Assembly: GCF_001194135.2 (NCBI RefSeq) | Contig: NC_068988.1 | Coordinates: 3,867,245-3,931,244 of the forward strand | Origin: Octopus bimaculoides | Lineage: Eukaryota | Direction of reading: 5' to 3' | Length of the DNA stretch: 64,000 nt | Part shown: one piece after another, positions 55,167-64,000 of the stretch | Layout: each line of letters begins with the position of its first letter | Numbering within the stretch: the first letter of the stretch is position 1 | The notes under the pieces: generated by a model | The model's database searches: none | What the model was told of the DNA's origin: nothing | The model's input: the letters and a program-made list of their open reading frames with translations, nothing else | Made by a program: the position numbers and the translations under genes

Positions 55167-55469
55167 GGCGCATGAGTGGCTGTGCGGTAAGTAGCTTGCT
55201 TACCAACCACATGGTTCTGGGTTCAGTCCCACTGCATGGCACCTTGGGCAAGTGTCTTCTACTATAGCCTCGGGCTGATCAAAGCCTTGTGAGTGGATTT
55301 GGTAGATGGAAACTGAAAGAAGCCTGTCGTATATATGTATATATATATATGTATGTGATGTGTGTGTGTATGTTTGTGTGTCTGTGTTTGTCTCCCTAGC
55401 GTTGCTTGACAACCGATGCTGGTGTGTTTATGTCCCCATCACTTAGTGGTTTGGCAAAAAGAGACTGAT
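55167..55469 (+). mobile_element. SINE family A, truncated by a gap
   Basis: ggcgcatgagtggctgtgcggtaag...gggttcagtccc head; matches 10345-10838. Confidence 0.9.
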
Positions 55470-56121
55470 NNNNNNNNNNNNNNNNNNNNNNNNNNNNNNN
55501 NNNNNNNNNNNNNNNNNNNNNNNNNNNNNNNNNNNNNNNNNNNNNNNNNNNNNNNNNNNNNNNNNNNNNNNNNNNNNNNNNNNNNNNNNNNNNNNNNNNN
55601 NNNNNNNNNNNNNNNNNNNNNNNNNNNNNNNNNNNNNNNNNNNNNNNNNNNNNNNNNNNNNNNNNNNNNNNNNNNNNNNNNNNNNNNNNNNNNNNNNNNN
55701 NNNNNNNNNNNNNNNNNNNNNNNNNNNNNNNNNNNNNNNNNNNNNNNNNNNNNNNNNNNNNNNNNNNNNNNNNNNNNNNNNNNNNNNNNNNNNNNNNNNN
55801 NNNNNNNNNNNNNNNNNNNNNNNNNNNNNNNNNNNNNNNNNNNNNNNNNNNNNNNNNNNNNNNNNNNNNNNNNNNNNNNNNNNNNNNNNNNNNNNNNNNN
55901 NNNNNNNNNNNNNNNNNNNNNNNNNNNNNNNNNNNNNNNNNNNNNNNNNNNNNNNNNNNNNNNNNNNNNNNNNNNNNNNNNNNNNNNNNNNNNNNNNNNN
56001 NNNNNNNNNNNNNNNNNNNNNNNNNNNNNNNNNNNNNNNNNNNNNNNNNNNNNNNNNNNNNNNNNNNNNNNNNNNNNNNNNNNNNNNNNNNNNNNNNNNN
56101 NNNNNNNNNNNNNNNNNNNNN
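55470..56121. other. Assembly gap
   Basis: N run. Confidence 1.
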
Positions 56122-58244
56122 TATATAACTAGCCAGTTTACATGGTGGTTAGTTGATTTCTAAGAAAATGCTTTACATTGCATAGAGAGAGAGAGAGAGA
56201 GTGGGAGAGAGAGAGGAGGGGGAGTAAAAGTGAGAAACAGAGAGAATTAGCATATGAGATGCAGGATGTGTGGGCATATTAGGCTTGGTGGTAGGCAATG
56301 AATAAATGAGTGCTAAACACACAGTGGTAGAGACAGAGAAGGGGAGATAGTATGTATTTATGTATGTGTATGTATGTGTGCATGTGTCTGTAAGTGTGTG
56401 TGTGTAAGTGTGTGTGTGTGAGAGAGAGAGAGAAAAAGGAGGAGAGAGAGAGGGACAGGTAGATAGAGGATGAGTGTGTGAGAATTCCAATAATATATAA
56501 TCAACATGGAGAGCAATTTTGTTTACAATTTTTCCTTATTTTTTTTAATATTGTTTTATTTCATTTTAAGGTAATAAATATTTTCTTTTGAAAATTAATA
56601 TTTATTTCCTCATTTTGGTAGACACCAAGAAACTTAATAAAGGTTAAATTATAATCATTATACATATCTGTATGCCTATTTTCTGCCATTCAACAAAAGT
56701 CTCCTTCCACAGTTACCTATCATGTGACAGGTCACACTCTAGTGCTGGCTTCTATAGGCGCTATCACTGATGGGGAATTGGTCATTCTGATGCTACTATA
56801 GAAGACACTTGTCCATTATGCCGATCATCTTCTGATGAAATTTGGAGCCATGTGGTTGTGAAATGTGAAACAATCTTCTAAACAACATAGCCATGTCTGA
56901 ATGGTGATACAACGGAAGCTGTTTGCAACTGCTTTTTTTCTGCTACCAACTTATTGATTCCTGGGTCTGCCAACCTTGAACGGCTGTAGATTTATATGAA
57001 TGTCTCCATCCATGGATCTATGACATTTTAGAAACCTTTCTATAATTTCAGCATCATTCAACTATTTTATTTGTTGTACATTGTGAGAAATAAACAAACC
57101 TATAGTTGCTGTACTTCCACTACCTCTCTCCTCCCTCCTCTCTCTTCCTCCTCTCTCTTTCCTCCTTTCTCCTTCTCCCTCCTCCTCTCTCCTTCTCTCT
57201 CCTTCCTCCTCCTCCCTCCTTTACCTCTTCCCTAAATTAAGAAACAGAAGATACCAGAGTATATATATATGTTATAAGCTGAAATGCTGTTGGTGGAAGG
57301 AATTACTGCTATTTTTACAACTAATACACGTCTGCTTTTGAAACCAATTTCTAAAGTCATTTTACGTCAAAAACATTCTGCATATTTGTTTACTTTTCTT
57401 CTTGTAATAAAACATTTTAAGGAAAATAGTTCATTCCTTTCAGTGAGGCAAATTAAAAGTAATTAATTTTATATTTAGAGTCGAAGACTTTTAACAAAAA
57501 CCAAATATGATAGAATAATTGAAAACAATTCCTGCAAGTCATTACACATTGATGTTCGGTATTGTGCTGCAAAGTAATTTTCATAGATTAGATAGATATA
57601 TTTGCAATAAAATGTTGGCAAGTAACTCTAATTAATTCTGGAAAGATAACATGCATTTTTGGAGACATTTATTCAACATCACATGAAATGCCATAACCAA
57701 TTTTCCATTCCACTCAGAGCTATTTAAAATATCAGACAACAGAACACTATGGATGATGTTCTCCTATTTAACATTTCTACAAGGGAAGTGTAGAACAATA
57801 TTTTTTGCAATGTAGTTCATGTGACGAAGAATAATTTCTCCTGACATTTAAATAAGAGATATTTGTCTCGTGTTTAAAGTCCCTTTTGACACCTTTTCTT
57901 ATAAACTAGTTGTTAATCAACAGAAATGTTTGCATTGAAATGCAAAATCAACAAATTGACTGGTCTTAATTGTGTCCATTCCATGAAACAATGAACACCG
58001 AAACAGTTTTGGAGAAACCCTTAATCATCTTCCTCTACAGAGATGTACACCAGTCTTTGGGAATATGGTAAATTCTTTCAGATTACTCTGTTGTAATGAG
58101 CACTGATAAGCTTTCTCTGGTCCACACACAATCAATTCTGAACTGCGCCAAAGTTTGATCTTTGCAGAACAACTTTTCATTATCAAATATTATTTCTCTT
58201 GCTCACATTTTCTTTCCATGTAATATATACATGTGTGTAAATTT

Positions 58245-58440
58245 GTGTCTGCGTTTGTCACCCCAACGTCGCTTGACAACCGATGTTGGTGTGTTTATGT
58301 CCCTGCATCATAGCGGTTCAGCAAAAGAGACCGATAGAATAAGTATATGGCTTACAAAGAATAAGTCATGGGGTCGATTTGTTCGACTAAAGGCAGTGCT
58401 CCAGCATGGCCACAATCAAATGACTGAAACAAATAAATAA
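58245..58440 (+). mobile_element. SINE family A 3' module only
   Basis: gcttgacaaccgatgttggtgtg...ccagcatggccacaatcaaatgactgaaac, with no head upstream. Confidence 0.85.
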
Positions 58441-58527
58441 AAATATATATATATGACTTTGGTCATGTAACCACACATATGCTTCTCTAGGACTCTTTTT
58501 CCTCTTCTGGAATTTTCCTCTCTCCTC

Positions 58528-58560
58528 TTTCTGATGAAGAGCCACGCTCAAAACATTATA
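58528..58560 (+). ncRNA. Decayed minimal hammerhead ribozyme motif
   Basis: CTGATGA-A-GAGC-cac-GCTC-AAAAC-ATT; two G>A changes at inferred CpGs separate it from GAAAC-GTT. Confidence 0.55.
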
Positions 58561-58640
58561 CACTCACTCTTTCTTCCAACTCATATGTACATCCTTTTGA
58601 CTTTTGCTGTTTCATTATCTTTAATTTTCATTTTGACTAT

Positions 58641-58690
<50 letters not shown>

Positions 58691-59202
58691 AGAGGAACAG
58701 AGACAGACAGACAGAGACAAGGACAGAGCAAGGAAGAGAGAGAGATAGAGAGAGAGATGTGGATATCAGCAAGCATTTAGAAAGTGTTAAATAAATTCTT
58801 GAATGGACAAAATCACTTGTAGGTCTTGAACCCACATCTGTATACATCACAGACATGCTAGCCATTAGACTAAAGCAACTTTTAATCTCTCTTCCATCAA
58901 ATTAGATGCTTTTGACTTACATGTGTGCACGTGTGTGTGTGTGTGTGTGTGTGTGTCTTTAACCAATGGACATCTACAAAAACATGTAAAAATCAATGCT
59001 TTATGAAGCAAGTAATGAACCAGTGATTGACCTATTGGAAACCTATGACCAATGAGGCTAGTGTTCACCAGCTGATGATACAAAATAATAGCCAGAGATC
59101 ACTTTTGTCAGACCAACACACAGCAATTACTTTACTTGTGATATTCTTTTACAATTAACAACCAAAGCCCTTAACTCAATAAAACTTTCAATATAATGTT
59201 AG

Positions 59203-59493
59203 CCACTATGCCATATGCCCATGGGCATATGGCATAGTGGTAAAGAGCGTGGGCTACTAACCCCAAGAGTCCAAGTTCGATTCCAGGAAGTGACCTGAAT
59301 AATAATAATAATAATGACATCGAAAAATACCTTAGGAATGAGAATTCAGGTTCGAAATTCCCCCAGAACACCCGATGAAGGCTGGAGGGTATATCAACCG
59401 AAACGTTGTGCTAACAACAAACAAGATGAGGACAAATATCCATCAAATGTAAATAATGCACATAATTCCTCATCTCTTAAATATGGAACTGTA
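59203..59493 (+). mobile_element. tRNA-headed, hammerhead-bearing element (HHR-SINE), uninterrupted copy
   Basis: 38-bp perfect palindrome, A box TGGCATAGTGG, B box GTTCGATTCC, (TAA)n, HHR motif and 3' hairpin; second copy at 13204-13633. Confidence 0.85.
59367..59412 (+). ncRNA. Type I minimal hammerhead ribozyme motif (imperfect)
   Basis: AACAC-CCGATGA-A-GGCTG-loop-CAACC-GAAAC-GTT-GTGCT; U4C change plus single mismatches in stems I and II. Confidence 0.65.
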
Positions 59494-59519
59494 ATGTTCG
59501 GAAAATTGATGAGAGTTAC

Positions 59520-59828
59520 ATATGACTAGATTAGTGAAGCTAAAGGTGCCATATGTGCAAAGTGCTTGAAATTCCAGTCCTAAGGACATGTGAATAGAAT
59601 GTCACCAGAAAGAACCACATGACAGATTCTTCAAGCTGAATTAACCAGCAGGAGACCTTAGGGGTAGACAAGGAAAGAGATGGTTGGTCTCAGTTTGTCA
59701 TGTTTGGTAATTCAACTGGGCAGCCAAATGATAGTTGCTTCTGATAGGGCCCTATGGATGAGGTGACCGAGAACTCTACCTCCATGACACCTTCAAGAGT
59801 AATGGGACAGAGAAGATGGATGGATGAA
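59520..59828 (+). mobile_element. RTE-type LINE 3' remnant
   Basis: GHVNRMSPER...ILQAELTSRRP*G*TRKRW...SDRALW, ending gatggatggatg. Confidence 0.7.
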
Positions 59829-59873
59829 ACTGATTAGGTGTACATATATAGGTACAGGTGAGGCTGTGTAGAT

Positions 59874-60255
59874 GGGCACAGGTGTGGCTGTGTGGTAAGA
59901 AGTTTGCTTCCCAACCACATGGTTCTGGCTTCAGTCCCACTGTATGGCACCTTCATTGTACTCAAATATAGCTTGAGGCCAACCAAAGCCTTGTGAGTGG
60001 ATTTGGTAGATGGAAACTGAAAGAAGCCCATTGTATATATGTGTGTATGTGTGTGTTTGTCCCTCCCCCGTCACTACTTGACAACTGGTGTTGGTGTGTT
60101 TACATCCCTGTAACTTAGTGGTTTGACAAAAGAAACCGATAGAATAAGTACTAGGCTTAAAAAATAAAATAAGTTCTTGGGTCAATTTGGTCAACTAAAA
60201 ATCTTTCGAGTCAGTGTTCCAGCATGGCCACAGTCAAATGACTGAAACAAGTAAA
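59874..60255 (+). mobile_element. SINE family A, near full length
   Basis: Head, (TG)-type tract and 3' module as in the other copies. Confidence 0.9.
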
Positions 60256-60503
60256 TGCACAAAAAATAGGTTTATCTCTCTCTAGCTCTACATAAACAAG
60301 ACAGACAGAGACAATCAGAAATAAGGAAAATGGCCCTTATATTTGAATATTATGCAAATATTCTTTTAAAAAAACTTTTCATTTAATTTTTCCAAAATTT
60401 AATTGTTTTCCATGATTACAGTTGAAGAAGTTTCAATGACTGAAACCGGTACTGAAATGTTGTTTATAAAATTATTTTAGCATTTTCTACCTTGACCCCT
60501 TTT

Positions 60504-60536
<33 letters not shown>

Positions 60537-60833
60537 AATTAAAAGGGTAAAGGATTATCAATTTATTAATTAATAAATCAATTAACAATTAATAATTTTT
60601 ACCAAGCCCATCGGTATGAAAGCACCATTATTGGTGGATAACTTATTTAAAAGCTCATATATATTTATAAATATAATTAAGGGATCAGCAAATATTTGCT
60701 TCACCATATACCGAAGTTCAGAAATAGCAGCTAAAAAAGCTGAGAATCTCACAGATAGCATCACTTGTAACTCACAAAGGCAAAAACAAGAAGAAAAAAC
60801 AATGAAAAACTAACCAAATTCTGACGCTTAACA

Positions 60834-60951
<118 letters not shown>

Positions 60952-62618
60952 ATTAGTTTCTGATATCATAGAAATCAATTAGCATAAATATTGTTGTTAA
61001 ATTAGAGAAAATTAATAAGTCCTCATTTTTACTTTATTTCACAGCTGAAAAGATTTTCCCTTCAAAGTGATTTGAATAATTTCCATGTGTTGTGCTATTC
61101 TGGTTTCTTATTTCCTATAATGTGTCCAGAAAAGAGTCCAGACTTCAACTGCATTTGTCACTTGGACAGTGCCACTATAGTTAAAAATGGTAAACTTGAC
61201 CAGTCTTCAGAATGGTTTCATACATAAACTTTGTACTAAAACATTTAGGGTAATGTGCCAAGAAATCTAAACTGATTATAACTCACAGTCAAGGCTAAAT
61301 GTCATTAGGTTAATGATTAATTCTAGTCAAAAAAGGCAAGGGAAATAATTTTGATAATTTATTTAATTACGATTTGAAATAGCATACAAGCAGTGCAATG
61401 AAAATTGGTCTGATCATGGCAATACTCTGACAAGTTTGGATCAGACTTTCTCAATGAAGAAGTAGTTTAGGTGACTGAGATCAAATGCAATGTCTAGTGA
61501 GACAGAACTACACATGATATATCAAGCCATTTATCAATGGATTATTCTCCTCTCAAATTAATCAACTGTATTTAATTAAATACATAAATTCAGACAGCTG
61601 TACGTTAACAGAACAAGCTGACAATTACAACTGAGTAAACACAACTAGTTAAAAGTAGTATGCTTTGCAAATTTATTATCCCATAACTCTATGAAAAATT
61701 TGCTCTTCTATGTACTCGGTATTCAGCAAATGTAATTAAATAAATATTTATATCAAATAATGGTCAGACCGAGAATGGGATATTAAAATTTTACTTTAGT
61801 TTATATTTTTAAATGAAATTATTATTCTCACTTTAAGAAGTTTATTTCTCTTGCAACATGCAGTATATTTATGTGTTTGTACACACCACCGATTTTATAT
61901 TGGATATCATATTCATTATACAATGACCAAACATATCAAAATACAAGCTCATTCCCATATATTAGTGTAATTTATGGTTTCATGAGAACTATAGAATTTG
62001 AAGAGATAACATCATTACAGTCATGTGAAAAGCATTTTGTCTTTATTACATCTTAAAGCCACAAAAGATTCTTTTTATTCTCTAAAGTTTCTGTTTGCTA
62101 ATTTTAGTTGATCCTTTAACTGCTCTTGCATCAAGGCACAGCCCTGGAGGAATGTTTTGTTACATGCCTGAGCCACAAACAGTGGCACAAGCACGTGACT
62201 CCCTTTTCTCAATACTATCACATGATAGTATCAATACTTTCTCAAGAGAAAGCCAAGGTTGACACACCTTGGCACCAGTATTGTTGCAGACATTACCACT
62301 ATCGCGCTAAAGTCTGCACTGCAGCTGATTTGTTTTGCACCAAATCATGGCAGCCACCAGTGTTAAAATAACTTCAATACGGAGCAAATAATTCAGGAGA
62401 AAATAGTTGCAAAGGTATCATTGACTCTATTATTATCTAGTGTAACAATTAAAAATGATAATAACAAATCAATAATATAGGTGATTGGAGGCCCCCAAAA
62501 GTATTAAATCGCTGAAGGAATAAATTAATCAAGTGTTACACTTGATAATAACAGAGTCAATGATATCTTCCCAAATATTTTCTCCTGAATTATTTGCTCC
62601 GTTTTGAAATTATATATA

Positions 62619-62975
62619 NNNNNNNNNNNNNNNNNNNNNNNNNNNNNNNNNNNNNNNNNNNNNNNNNNNNNNNNNNNNNNNNNNNNNNNNNNNNNNNNNN
62701 NNNNNNNNNNNNNNNNNNNNNNNNNNNNNNNNNNNNNNNNNNNNNNNNNNNNNNNNNNNNNNNNNNNNNNNNNNNNNNNNNNNNNNNNNNNNNNNNNNNN
62801 NNNNNNNNNNNNNNNNNNNNNNNNNNNNNNNNNNNNNNNNNNNNNNNNNNNNNNNNNNNNNNNNNNNNNNNNNNNNNNNNNNNNNNNNNNNNNNNNNNNN
62901 NNNNNNNNNNNNNNNNNNNNNNNNNNNNNNNNNNNNNNNNNNNNNNNNNNNNNNNNNNNNNNNNNNNNNNNNNNN
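62619..62975. other. Assembly gap with (TA) edges
   Basis: N run with tata on both sides. Confidence 1.
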
Positions 62976-64000
62976 TATATCTATTTTGATATCAGTTTTT
63001 ATGATGACACCACATGAAAAATAATTCTATGTTCTCTTGGCCTGTAATATCATGCTTTAGCAAAGAGAAAATAAATATAAAGACTTTAAAAAATGTCCTG
63101 GACTCAAAAATAGCCAACTAAAACCATACAAGGCAAAACAGCAGAAGTGGTTGGTATACTTCTTTGTAGGATGTTCCCTTGGTTTTGAAAAACTGGAACA
63201 GATCTCTTTAAAATCAAAATAATTTCCATCTTCAAAAAAAAAAGAGAAAAACAAACTAGATTTTCACCACTTTAAATGTTTTAAATCAGTCGCATGAGTA
63301 AAATAGTCATTAATGAAATCAAAAACCAATATTCTACATGGCAACAGCAGCAGATGCTGCTAGTATAAATTGGTCCTTAAAAGTTAGACATCACAGTAAG
63401 AATAAATGAAGCGCCTATCAGGTGAACTACTGTAATTATAGAATCTATTAGTATTCTATTGAAAGTAAATCCTTCAACACATTCATAAGATTCTTTTTTT
63501 TAAGTTTCTACATGGAATTTGATATTTCATTATAAACATTTGTATATATTTTCAAAAATGGTTACACTTTGGCTTCGTTTCATTTAACACCTGCAATTAT
63601 GAAAATATTTTTATGTTAATGGTTCTATATTGGTGTTTTGTTTGCAATTAATTCTGATCACTGATAAAGGAATGCATTCAAAATATGCTTCTGTGTGTGT
63701 ATTTATGTGTAAATATATCTATGTATGTCTATTTGTCAGTGTGTGTGTGTGTGTGTGCATGCATGCGTGTTTGTAAGTGAGTGCAGAGAGAGCAAGAAAA
63801 ACAGAAAGAGATAAAAGAATCCTACAACAACAAATATTCCATCTGAAAAATAATGAAGTTAAAATTTTAAACGTTAGTTCCCAGTTTAATAGATTTAAGA
63901 TTTCTTTTTCTCAAAGAGATATGTCAACACTTTTATCAAAGATGTATGTCATATGTGTGATAGAATTAAATTAACTCCAAGTGAGTTTGTGGATGTCACT

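Noticed and set aside
55416-56132. Long X-containing ORFs (also at 17.6, 24.6 and 62.6 kb)
   Set aside because: Artefacts of translating N gaps.
59223-59295. tRNA gene (Ser-like CT-ACT-AA loop)
   Set aside because: No acceptor-stem pairing; it is the head of a repeated element. The same applies to the other SINE heads.

Overview
AT-rich, repeat-dense animal DNA that reads as intronic or intergenic. It has four N gaps, three with (TA)-rich edges, and many microsatellites. The SINE and MITE types look like those I recall from octopus genomes (inference, not a database result). No complete gene, RNA gene or CRISPR array is visible; the ORF track is mostly microsatellite noise or decayed transposon coding sequence. 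Supported content: remnants of RTE LINEs (one with tandem C2H2 fingers), a CR1/L2-type RT, an R4/Dong-type 3' end, three mariner pieces, a Helitron-type helicase piece, TTAA MITEs, and several SINE families. There are also four weak, unidentified candidate exons. The most interesting signal is a set of minimal hammerhead ribozyme (HHR) motifs. Two copies of a ~290-bp element (13.2 kb minus, 59.2 kb plus) join a tRNA-like Pol III head, a fold-back 5' end and a type I minimal HHR. A different, decayed HHR lies at 58.5 kb, and a 1.4-kb element with ~430-450-bp inverted arms and HHR-like motifs lies at 33.9-35.3 kb. Together these suggest Penelope-dependent, ribozyme-bearing non-autonomous retroelements. 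No in-window HHR copy is an intact consensus.
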